Shown: positions 28,786 to 40,269 of the stretch, in pieces
Layout of the letters: the number at the start of each line of letters is the position of its first letter
How positions within the stretch are numbered: the stretch's first letter is position 1
NCBI RefSeq assembly: GCF_009914755.1
Contig: NC_060929.1
Strand: one strand, 5' to 3'
From: the human T2T-CHM13v2.0 reference genome, Homo sapiens
DNA length: 64,000 nt
The notes under the pieces: generated by a model
The model's input: only the letters and a program-made list of their open reading frames with translations
What the model was told of the DNA's origin: nothing
Databases searched by the model: none
Program-made: the position numbers and the translations under genes

Positions 28786-29865
28786 TGAACCAGTTACATT
28801 ATCTGGTTGCATGTTCAGCATCCTGTTCATTTCCATTTTGATGTAATTACACCTTTAGTGAAGTGCTCTTGAAACAGTCAATCTAATCTCAGCCTTGCTG
28901 TGCAAATGAAGAAAATATCTGGTTTTTGTCCATACTTGGTCCAATACATTGAAGGCAAAGAAGGAAAGAAGGGGGAAGAACAGGGAGAAGAACCTCTAAG
29001 TGGCAGAGGAAAGCAAATGTCAGGGCTATGTGGTTCAGTTCCCTCCAGTCCCAGGAAGTGCGCTATCCTCTACAGCCAACTGGAAAGTCTGGAGAGCATG
29101 TCGTTATGGACTAAGAAAGTATTTCATCAGAAACTTTCCCAAAGTTACTGAGATACTCATCAGACTGAGGGGGTACAGAATTGAAGCTTCTCCCTGTTTC
29201 CTAGTGCAGAACAAATCCATTTATCCTCAGATGCTTTCACGGATCATAGCTTGAACTTCTACAGTCCTTTATCTGGATCAGCCTTTAATCACATAAGCGA
29301 ATGATACCATATCAATAACACTTCTGTTAAAAAAAAAGACTGCTTATTCCAAGCCCTTTTCTTAGCTCACTGGGTAAATAACATTAGGATATCTCCCTGA
29401 TTCCCTGTGTCTTGCTTTATATTTTACCCTGGGCCTTCCTCCTTCCCAACCATACTCATTGTCCCATGACTTGGCTCCTAAGGACCTAAAATCTAGTCAC
29501 TGGTTTAGAATATTCTGGCTTATGTGACTTGTTATGTGTCTGTCCCTTACACATTATTGGAATGGCAGCATATGGCTCAATTCTAAAGCACTATTCATGC
29601 TCACCCTGCAATCTAGTCCTATAGGCCTATTCTTCACTTTGACAGATCAAGCTTCCATTTTCCTCTCGAGCAACTCCGTGGCTACTCAGAGCTGTCATGA
29701 GGTCCCCTGAGCCGATCTCTTGGCAACCTCCTCTGAGGAGAGGCTGCCAAAAATCCAAAGAGCCTCTGCTCATCCTGCAAAGCGAGACTTGGATGGACAT
29801 CAATAAATAGGGCTTTAAAGGCTTAATTTTTCTCCTCTACCTTTGTCTACTCAATGTTTTGTTTT

Positions 29866-30188
29866 CCCTTTTTTCTTAATTTTAAAATACGTAATTGACA
29901 AGTAAAGATTGCATATATTCAAGCTGTACAACATAATGAGTTGATATAGGAATACAATGGTTAATAATTATCATAATCAAATTAATTAACACATCCATCA
30001 CCAACCATGCTGTACATTAGGTCCCCAAAACTTTTCCATCTCATACCTGAATGTTTGTACCCTTTGATCAACATGTCTTCATTTCCTTCGCTCTCCAGGC
30101 CTGGGAATCACCATTCTACTCTCTGTTTTTATGAGTTCAACTTTTTATGATTCTACATATTAATGCAATCATGTGGCATTTGTCTTTC
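29866..30188 (-). mobile_element. L1MA (MA9/MA10-like) 3' end
   Basis: taattgacaagtaaagattgcatatattcaagctgtacaacat...tttgtaccctttgatcaaca...caccattctactctctg. Confidence 0.8.
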
Positions 30189-30189
30189 T

Positions 30190-30600
30190 TTTTTTTTCAA
30201 TTTTTCTAAATTTTTATTATGGATGATTCCAAACATATAATCAAGAAAATAACTTACATAAGTCATGTTCTCATTACCCAGCTTGAAGTATTATCACTTC
30301 ATGCCAATTACATTTATCTGTTTCTGTGCTGTTAGTACAGTAGCCCTTCACCACTTATTAATTGATTAAAATTAAATACTATCAAAAATTCAGTTCCTTG
30401 ACTGCACTAGCCATATCTCAAGTGCTCAATAGCCACATGTGGTGAGTGACTACCATTTTGGATAGTGAAGCTCTACAAAACAGTTGAACATTTCCATCAC
30501 TGCGGAACAATTTATTAGATAGTGCTAATCTACATCCAACCCTCTTCCCCCACCATAGATTATTTTGAACCAAATCCCAGGCAATATCATGTCATCTAAA
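30190..30600 (-). mobile_element. L1MC/ME 3'-end fragment split by MER3
   Basis: tttattatggatgattccaaacata...cattacccagctt and, after MER3, gattattttgaaccaaatcccagg. Confidence 0.55.
30324..30527 (-). mobile_element. MER3 (hAT-Charlie)
   Basis: aaaaattcagttcct...cactagcca...tcaagtgctcaatagccacatgtgg...gaacatttccatcactgc. Confidence 0.8.
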
Positions 30601-30711
30601 CTTAACACTAAGAAATTAGCAATACTTGCTGAATGACGCTGAACATGTAGTTGACAAGGTTACAAGCAAAAATTGCTTAAAGTATGTATGTATAGATAGA
30701 TATATGCATAA

Positions 30712-30876
<165 letters not shown>

Positions 30877-31315
30877 TAGACGATTTCTAAGGTCCATTGT
30901 GTATATACCCACACATATATGCATTTTATGGGAAGATGATTTATGGTGGTTCTCAATTTCTGATAAAGGTCATCTTCTCCAAATTCAATAATTACTCCTT
31001 TAAAAAGATATGTGGTCAATTAATAATTCAAAAGATGAGACACTTTAATTGCAAAGGCCACTGCAAAACTACCTTTATAAATATGGAATAAGGAATTTAT
31101 TCACAGAGATAAACGTCTTGTATATATCTTATCTCTTTAACTTGTTAGAATGTAGATGAGTGCCTGGATTTTTCATCTGTTATATGGTGGTGTGTAATTG
31201 AGGAGGGGGTGGAGTGAGGTGAGACATGCTTATCAGTTTGTCTTTGTATTGATTAGGTTAAGACAGAAAAGTGGAGATTGCCTCAGGCTTCTTTCACGGT
31301 AACAGTGTTCAACTT

Positions 31316-31435
31316 CATTCCTTTATCCAGCCATTCAGCCATTCATTCATCCGACACCTGCTTACTAATAGCTCCAGCTATGTGCCAGGAGTATAAGTTC
31401 TTGGTTTTAATAAGGATAAGAGATGGTCTCAGCTT
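31316..31435 (-). mobile_element. L2 3'-end fragment
   Basis: cattcattcatccgacac...ctatgtgccagg...aagagatggtctc. Confidence 0.6.
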
Positions 31436-32439
31436 TTGGTGAAACTTCACCAGAAATGCAAATTTGGCTCTTGGGACAGTTAGTATTACTGAGGATAATT
31501 GTGTCAAAGCCCAGAGACAACATAAGAGAGTTTTCTTAATTTAACAACAAATGTGAGTATTTATCCAATACTTACTCTAAGGCAGGGCTTGTACTAGGTG
31601 AACCCAACAGATGAAATGCTTTCCTTATATAGGTATATGCTCCCTTTCTATCCTGCCTACATCCCCATTCTTAGAGTTGGGGGAAGAATTGCCTCTGGAT
31701 GTATGGTAGAAATGATGTAAGAATGAGAAGATGGGATTATATAGTTACATACATATGCTGTGACTGCTTTTCTTTCATCCTCTGCCATCCTCTCAAAATA
31801 GAAGTTTGCCTATTCCCCTTTAAATATGCTTTTCCAAGACCACAGCCCAGGCACCCATGAAGTCGACTACAGAAGAAGCAATCCCCAGCTGCAGCTGGAA
31901 TCTCCCGCATTGAGCATCCCTGACCTCTTCCAGAAAGTGCCGGGTCTCTGATTTCCTCTGCTCTCTTTTAAACTAAGAGGCTCCATCACAAGAGCTGGGA
32001 TGAATATTCCTTCCACTCCAGATGCAAATATCTGCCAAGTGTATCTGCATCTCTACATACTCTGCACATATTCCCCACTGAATTCTAGCACATCAATCAT
32101 TTTTGAAGTGTTTACTGCAAAATCTCTCATAAACATTTCACCGTGAAACTTTTTGCAGCAAATTTCTCTCTCCTTGTTCCTTTCTCATCTGTGGTAATAT
32201 GTAGAAGCTCTCTCATTTGAAAAATTCTTTTGGAACAAACAGAAACAGTCTTGGTAACCGATGCTTGAAACTGTCATTTCATAGTATCCTTAGTATTTCA
32301 AGATTTTTTTCTTTGTGGGTGGAGACAAAAGACTCTGGGTAGAGAAATGGGAGCTAGAGAAATTGCCCTTAGCTTGTTAGCATTTTGTGGTTTAAGAATC
32401 ACTATATTCATAAAATCTGAAAACAAAATTATTTTATGA

Positions 32440-32552
32440 AGTCAACAAATATTAGTTGATCATATAGCCTGTGCCATGCCCTGCGTTAACTACTAGGTAT
32501 AAAATATTGGGTGACACAAACATGATCCCTGCTGTAGTGGTGCTTATACTTG
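32440..32552 (-). mobile_element. L2 3'-end fragment
   Basis: tcaacaaatatt...tgtgccatgccctg...acatgatccctgc. Confidence 0.55.
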
Positions 32553-32765
32553 AATGAGTACCAGAGTAAATACATAAGCTTAGTCTTTCAATGATGTATT
32601 CCAGTAAAACCGCAGGAGAATTAGTAAGAAAGCAGGTAAGTCTAAAGAGACTGTGTGTGGAAGACAGATTATAAGAAAAAAGTGAGATAAGTCAAGTAAA
32701 ACATCTAAAACATTTAGGATAGTGCTTGGCACATAGTTAACTTTTAGTAACTGTTACCTATTGTC

Positions 32766-32767
<2 letters not shown>

Positions 32768-32815
<48 letters not shown>
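32768..32815. repeat. (GT)24 microsatellite after a MIR 3' end (about 32680-32762)
   Basis: Direct reading; preceded by agtgcttggcacatagt. Confidence 0.95.
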
Positions 32816-32819
<4 letters not shown>

Positions 32820-33374
32820 TGAGAATTCCCAATTCGAATTATTTCTTTTCTACTGTTCTCCCTTTATGTCCAAGTTATTCAGCTAAATTGACCACTAGAC
32901 AGTTTCCACAGATTTGTAATTTGATGCAATGGACCCAGTCATCATTTTCACCCATTTGAGGTTTGTATTTATCCTAAGTGGCCCTCATGGATTTATTTAA
33001 ACCAGCAATATCTGCCAACATTTTAAATAGTGACATGATTTCTCCCATAAAATCTCCTAGCCTAAATGACCCTTATTGTGATTTAATGGCACAAGAACCA
33101 CTTCAATAATTTTCGATGTCATTCAATTATCTCCACAGTAAAGACAGTCCAGAAGCTAAAAAATGAAATTAGCTTGGTGCCCTGATATGCTATAAATGTA
33201 GACTGCGAACTCCCCATATTCCTTTAGGAGCATACAGACCTTATTCCTCATACATTCCAGGAAGCTGAGTGATATTTAGAATGCTGTCAAATAACTTAAG
33301 GAGATCAACTTGTTATGGAAATATTGAGTTATACCAATATATTTGAAAAATATAAAATTTCATACTTTTTAAAA

Positions 33375-33642
33375 TTTTTTTGAGACAAGGTCTCACTCTG
33401 TCGCCCTAGCTGGAATGCAGTGCCTTTACTTCTGCCTCCCAGGCTCAAGTGATTAACTGATTCTACCCATCCTCGCCCCAGTGCTCCCTTATGTGGGACT
33501 ACAGGCGTGCTACCATGCCCAGCTAATTTTTGTATTTTTGGTGGAGGTGGGGTTTCACCATGTTGCCCAGGCTGGTCTCCAATCCCTGAGCTCAAACCTC
33601 CCAAAGTGCTGGTATTGCAGGCATGAGCCACTGTGCCCAGCC
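33375..33642 (-). mobile_element. AluJb-like Alu with internal deletions and replacement
   Basis: gagacaaggtctcactctgtcgcc...gggactacaggcgtg...ggtttcaccatgttgcccaggctgg...gagccactgtgcccagcc. Confidence 0.85.
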
Positions 33643-33779
33643 AAAAAAAAAAAAAAAAATTATTATTGTTTAGTAGCAAAACATCATAAGAGAAACACAA
33701 AACCTAGAAGTCAGAAGGCAAGAAGACTAGCTGACTTGACCGCGTAAAAATGTATAGTGTACTTGGGATGGAGGAGGAG

Positions 33780-33950
33780 GTACAGAAGAGTGTGCATAGA
33801 ATATAGTTCTAAAGGGCACATAATCTATTAACACTGGCTACCTCTGGGGAACGGGGGGGAGGAATGATAAAGAAAATTTATATTTTAGTTTTTATATTTA
33901 TATATCATGATCAAATAGAAATGCAATATTTTGTAATTACAATAAATGTA
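33780..33950 (+). mobile_element. L1ME-like 3'-end fragment
   Basis: ttaacactggctacctctggggaa...tttatattt...ttttgtaat. Confidence 0.45.
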
Positions 33951-36391
33951 ATTATTTTCTAATAATGTCTATTTTCTAATCCTGTGGCAGGTGTGCTGTG
34001 CTCCCTAGGTCTGAAGGCCTTGTGAATGACTGACTTCACCCTTCTGCACACTGATCTTCCTAACAATGTAAGTTAAATATGTTGGAATTGTTGGTATAAT
34101 GTGGGGCTTCCTGTGTCCTGGCAGGCTCTCACCCAAGACAAGCAAAATACCAATATCACGAAACATCCCTATGGAACCGAGAGGCTGTGCTCACTGAAGC
34201 ATTCTGCAGCCTGGTATCCTCTAGTCTTCTCTGCTGAGAATATATCCTTTGAGGTTATCACAGTAACCTGAAGCTTCTTGAAGGTTTATGTGTGATATTT
34301 TAGCTTTTTGTCAAACCTAGCCCTCTGGGTTTTACAGAATCAAAGAGCATGTCCATTAAAATCACTGGTGCAAATGTAAAGAGTGTCAGGTATATATGCC
34401 ACACAGAATCCATCTACTACCTAGTAACTGCTCATACTTTTCTGTTTTTATGCTGAAATGGGTAATAAATCCCATGTAATAGATCTGAGAGACCCCATCT
34501 TTCATGTCAAACTGTTTTCTTTAGGGAAGAACTATATAGCTAAAACTTAATACTTAAAGGCAGAAACTCTAAAATCAAATGCAGTGTTATATTTAAAAAC
34601 TTAGCTTAAATAAATAGTTAAACTATAATAGACTAGCACGTCTAGAAATTTTTTAAATGGCATGAGTTTTGAAAATTAACCAAACTTAATTAAATCTGGG
34701 GATATAGTAATATACAAACCCTAACAGTTTTAAGGATTTAATTTCAAAACTAAACCTTATAAAACTGGCACACAAAGCCAACAGCAAGTTTTGAAAGACA
34801 AAGTAAAAAAAAATGTAGGTTGGTCACAATACCGACAATAAAACTATTATTTGGGATCATAAACTAAGAACATGTATCTTTCAATTCCAAGTTGCTCTTA
34901 GTTCACTTGAAGTAAATTTGCTGACTATAATTCCAACAATCCATGGGAAGATTTGAGAGTAGAAAATGCTGTTTCAATACATATTCCTCTAAAGTGACTT
35001 TATGGGGTGCAAAAAGTATCTATGGATGTCACATACATGAGTTGCTGTCTCCTTAATTCCAACTTGTAAAAACATTTCTGAAAGATTCAGCAGAAAAGAT
35101 ACTCAAAACAGCATTCATCAAAGCTGTCAATAGAAGAAGGCTTTAAAAATTAGTCTGTTAGTATATTAAAAATAGCCATTTAAAGATGTATTCTTCCACA
35201 AATTTATTACTTATAGCCTATCGAAATTTTTCAAACTGAGAGGTATAAATTGCTTTTGATGCTAGCTTTTTATTATGCACATCACATATTGCTGGAACAA
35301 GTGTTGTCTTATAAAGATACACACATTCTTGACTAATTTTAACCTAGAAGATGGATAATATGTATTAGCATTAATAATCTAATAATTCTTAATGCCTTTT
35401 ATAATTAAAGAATAATTTAAGAATTAATCATTTAAGAATAATGATATAAGAAATAATAATTCTTAATGCACTTAATAATTCTTATACCATACAACATCTT
35501 CCATAAAATTAGATGCTTTAGGGCTTTGTGTCTTTTTTTAGCTTTTTACTACCAATAAGTAGTATAATGTTTACTACATCACCAAATCTTTAGCCTTCCT
35601 CATATTCTAATTTGTCTTCAACAGCAACATGTTGCTTAATTACTCTATTTCAGAGTACAATAGTTAGGCTTTATTTTTGGTAAAAATGGAATAAAATCAC
35701 ATACAATATCCATATAATGTGCCATAAGCCTTGAATAATTCTTTTTTATAATGAAATGTTAAAAATAAATATAATTAGAAAGCTTTATTTAACCAATACC
35801 TAACTCATTTATTTTCCAGAATCACAGACTATCAAGTAAAAAGAGACTTATAACCCATATGTTCTAGCCCTGATTCTGTCATTAACCAGATCAGTGACCT
35901 TGAAAATATTGATTACTTACCTATAAAATTGGATTGTTAAACTAGACAATGTGTAGTTTTCAATTCAGTGAACTTTCTTATAGCAACAGAGAGTGGGAAC
36001 AATTCTAGAATTTGATGCATCCAAGTTGAGGCTTAAACCATTAGAAGCTATAGTTTTAACAGTTTGTAATCATCCAGATGGTTCAGTTTAGTAGGTGTAC
36101 CTGATTTGATCTTAGCTTGTTTACCCCGTGGAAACTAGATAATTAAGCTTCTAATACATATTCCCCAAATTATTTCTTCTACTGACTCATGTTAACAGTG
36201 AAAAACACTGGACTTTGACTAATATCATCTTGGTACTGAAGCATAAGCAATTTCAACAATTAAGGAGGTTTGTTTTAAAAGTATGATCCTTAATATATCT
36301 CATATTCATTAAACCTGCAGATAGATTGATAGATATATAAAAACATATAAAATGTGTATGTGGCCTGTGGGCTCTTGTGTATGTTTGTGGA

Positions 36392-36422
<31 letters not shown>

Positions 36423-36470
36423 GAGAGACAGAAACAGAGAGAAAGAGAAATGAGAAAAAGAGAAGAAAAT
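36392..36470. repeat. (GT)14 followed by a GA-rich tract
   Basis: Direct reading. Confidence 0.9.
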
Positions 36471-36669
36471 GAGGGATTAAGGAATTGTTTGGGAGTATGT
36501 GTTTAGCAGTGCTGAGGAAATCTTTTTTCTAAAAAGTTTTCACCAATATAATATCAGTATCTTTAATAACTCAAAAACCTCTAGGATACATCTCAAAGGT
36601 AATATTTTACATGGGTTTCTCTCAGAGGAGGAACAAATTACCCAAAACCTGAAGTTTTATTTCTTAATG

Positions 36670-36860
36670 AGTAAACAGGATGGCTTTTGGAGTCAGAAAT
36701 TATGAGCTGTGCAACTGGGAACTTACCTAAATTTTTCATGAGTTTAAATTTCCTAAATTATAAAATAAAGATAATAATAATGATAGTATTAACAAAAACA
36801 GTAATACCTATTTCATAGGGCTGTTTGACAATAACAGTAGGCAATGTATAATTAGGCAAC
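36670..36860 (+). mobile_element. MIR
   Basis: ggcttttggagtcaga...gctgtg...tttcct...taatacctatttcatagggctgtt. Confidence 0.65.
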
Positions 36861-37239
36861 ATATATTACTTGGTGTTAGTTTTCTTTCAAGAAAGTGTGA
36901 AATCAATTTGCATATGACAAACTTACAACCCATATGTAAACTAATAGATAATTAGGCCAGTTTAATCATGTTGACCTTTACGTGGCCAAATGTAAATATC
37001 TCAGTGTAGCCCTGCTACTCCCTTGCACTCAAGTCATCTCTGCTGAATTTTGTGTACTTTCTTAAATAAGTAAATTAAATATTTGGGCAAACCAGTCTAA
37101 TGATGAGAAAATACCAGACAGAATGAAATTGAATGACATTCTAAAGAATACTTTCCATTTCATGACCTTGCACTTTGGAAGAGTACTGGCTCTTCCAAAG
37201 AGCAAAAATTTCTCAGAAAGACTGAGAAATTCACATGCC

Positions 37240-37531
37240 AGAGGATACTAACTAGGCATGATAACTAAATGCAACACCCTAGGTTGGATTCATGAACAGA
37301 AAAAGACTGGATTCCATTAGTGGAAAACCTGTTGATATCTGAATAAAGACTAGTCTAGTTAATAAGATTTTATCAATGTTAATTTCCTAGTTTTGATGAC
37401 TGCCCCATGGTCATGTAAAATATTAACATTAGGCGAAGTTGGGTGAAGAGCATGAAGGAATCTCTGTACTATATTTGCAACCTTTCTGTAAACCTCAAGT
37501 TATTTCAAAATTTTAAAAAATTTAAAAAAAT
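37240..37531 (+). mobile_element. Old L1 (L1MD/ME-like) 3' end
   Basis: catgataactaaatgcaa...tatcaatgttaatttcctagttttgat...ctctgtactatatttgcaacctttctgtaa plus A-rich end. Confidence 0.75.
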
Positions 37532-38819
37532 AGGTGAAATCTGAGAGCTAACACTTCTTATAAGTCCTCTGGCCTTTGTTACTAGTCTCCATGTCCTTTC
37601 TCCCAAATCTTTGCATCTAGTCTCATCCCACAACGTAAGGCTTTCAGCACCATCTCAAACTCGCCTATGTTCTTGCTTCTAAACCAGTAAGCCAAGTAAA
37701 ACGGTTAAACATATTATATCTACACTTAACCATGTGCATCTTCTTAGGTTTCAAATAAGTGGCAAAAATAGAAAATTTACGGTTCAGGGACTGTCAGTGT
37801 TGTTGGACAGAACTCATTCCAGTTAAGTTCTAAGAACACAACATCTTTTATTACTCTAATAAATTAACCAGCAATGACAGTTTTGTGGCAATTAGGTTAT
37901 ATAAACTTTTTCCCATAAAGACACATCATTAGGTTATATTTTTAAACCTCCATATGTCACCCAAACTTAGGCAGAAAGAAACATGCAATGCAATCTTTAT
38001 GACAGATTTTCTTAAATTCCCCAGTTTTCCCATTTCTCCTGACATTTTGTTGAAATTTTAATACTCTACACTTTGGCATTTGACAGGTTTGCTTCAACTA
38101 GCTTTGTTAAGCAGGAGCATATGTTTTAAAATGGCAAACTATGTCCCCCTCTTTTTTTATGTGAGAACTGTGGGTCAATTTAACGAGACAGGTTTTTAAA
38201 CAATCTGTGATATCAAAGAAGGGTTAGTAGGCTATGCTCTTTGCAAAGCAACTTTAGCTTTTAACTTATTTAATCACTGAGATATTCTCCTGGGTGGTGG
38301 GAGCAAGGGAGAGTTGGATGTGAAATATTTCACAGTGGAATAAGGCTTTGTTCTATTTGAAATACAAATTCTGAATTCTCATATGGATTAGAAAACATAA
38401 CATCATCGCCAAAAAAAGATCATGTAATATTAGCATTAGGAATCATGCCCAGAGAGAAAATGGGGACAACAAATTAAGAAATGTCTTTATCTTTCTTTCT
38501 ATATGCAAAATGTAAGTAAACATGTTTCATTATTTCTCCAATTAAAACGATAATAGGTACTGACCCACAGAAGTTGGTTGCAGATACCAACAAGATGTAA
38601 TGGAAAATTTTGCTTTTCTAGAATGTAAAAGGCAAGAAATGAAAACAGACCACCAAACCAGGAGACTCAGCATTCACTGATCTAAGAAGGGACTGACTCT
38701 AAGAAGGGACTGACTGCTATTATGTTCCCACACCAGGGAGCATTTCCTAGCCCTGTAACCTATGCTAAGCCTTCTGCTGTCTGTGCAGCACCTCAAGACT
38801 ACAGCAGAAAAATTGACAG

Positions 38820-39010
38820 CAGGATTGGTGACAGATTTTGTGTGTGCAAAATTAAAATGTGGGGTCCCTTGCTCATAAATTATTAGGAATTTCAGTACCA
38901 TGACAGCAGAGTATTAATGTGAGGCCCTTCTCATCATGGCCCCTGTGTTCCAGGCCCCTTCTCATCATGGCCTCTGTGTTCCAGGCCTCATGCCCATGGA
39001 GCCAACGCTG
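38820..39010 (-). mobile_element. MER91A-like (hAT-Tip100)
   Basis: gtgcaaaattaaaatgtggggtcccttgctcataaattattaggaatttc...gacagcagagtattaa...gcccatggagcc. Confidence 0.7.
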
Positions 39011-39319
39011 CTAAAATCTAATTCTAAGGGAAGACAGAGCTGTGCTCAAAGCTCATTTCTGTTAGGCACAAAATGTTTATCTAGGACCTTGACAGAAGTA
39101 CTGTGTAATAGTATTTATGATTATCCTTGCCTCTTCTTCATATGGAAATGATCAAATAGCTAAGTAAACAAGAATAATAATATTTTGAGCTAAAGAATAC
39201 CTAGTAACTTTTTGGTATAACGCCTCCATTCTTTGAAAAACTTAATTGAAATCTGGTACTTATCAATGGCTCAGACTCAGGTATCATGACCCCAAATCAA
39301 TGCTCCTTCAGTAACAAAA

Positions 39320-39556
39320 TGGTGCAAGAGAGGTTGTTAACAGCTCAGGCTTTGGGAGCAAACAGCCTGGGACCAAATTCGGACTCCACCACTCTGTGTA
39401 ACCTTGGGCATGTTGTTTAACTTCTCTGTGTTTCACTTTCCAAATCTGGAAATGTCATTACTGATAGTACTTTACAGGATTAAATTAACTACTTCATATA
39501 AGCAATTCAAAACACTGACTGGCACATAGAAAGTGTTTAAGAGATGTTAGCTATTC
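39320..39556 (+). mobile_element. MIR (MIRb-like)
   Basis: caggctttgggagcaaacagcctggg...tgtgtaaccttgggcatgttgtttaacttctctgtg...tggcacatag. Confidence 0.8.
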
Positions 39557-40104
39557 ATAGTTCATGCTTCATTTACAGAAACAGCTGTTTTTGAATATCT
39601 ATAGATAATCATTTTGATTAGTAGGTGAAATGAAAGCTAAATTAGAGGGTTAAGTAAATCTACAGCTAGTTGAGTAAATTCATAAAAAAATTATTAATGG
39701 GTTGACATTTATGTGACAGAGTGCATTATTCTTGTATATTATTCAAACTTTTTATTAACAATTCAGATAAAAGGTATGTAATATAGTTATAAAATGTGTT
39801 AACAGTACAATTCTGGGAGAAAATTCTTCTAACCGGGATGCAGAAATGACTGCCAGAAGGACCAAATAAACAAGATTAAATTTCTTACACAGATCTTTTT
39901 TTTAAAAAATAAAAAAATAAAAACATGAAAGGTATCTGGTTGAAAATTTGACTGAAAGCTCCATTTGAAATCACAGGATACCTGATTTCCCAGAAATAAG
40001 TATAACAATCAAGTTGCATTAATAGTGTATACAGTGAAGGAAAGGGTAATGGGGCCAAAAGGAACTGCTAAGGTATAAGATTTCTTTATATTCTCCCTTT
40101 TATA

Positions 40105-40116
40105 ACTCTTTAAAAA

Positions 40117-40149
<33 letters not shown>

Positions 40150-40231
40150 CACACACCCATTTTTAGTGTGTGGGCAGTACAAAAAGGCCACGGGCTGGAT
40201 TTGGCTTATGACTCATAGTTTGCCAACTATG
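40105..40231 (+). mobile_element. MER58B-like 3' fragment with an internal A28 run (40120-40147)
   Basis: tttaaaaatgtaaaa...ccatttttag...gtacaaaaa...gggctggatttggc...atagtttgccaac. Confidence 0.65.
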
Positions 40232-40269
40232 GTCTTAACATTCTCATCCAACTAAAAAGCAGGAGGAAC

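Noticed and set aside
33329-33747. 123-aa and 88-aa ORFs
   Set aside because: Alu-derived reading frames
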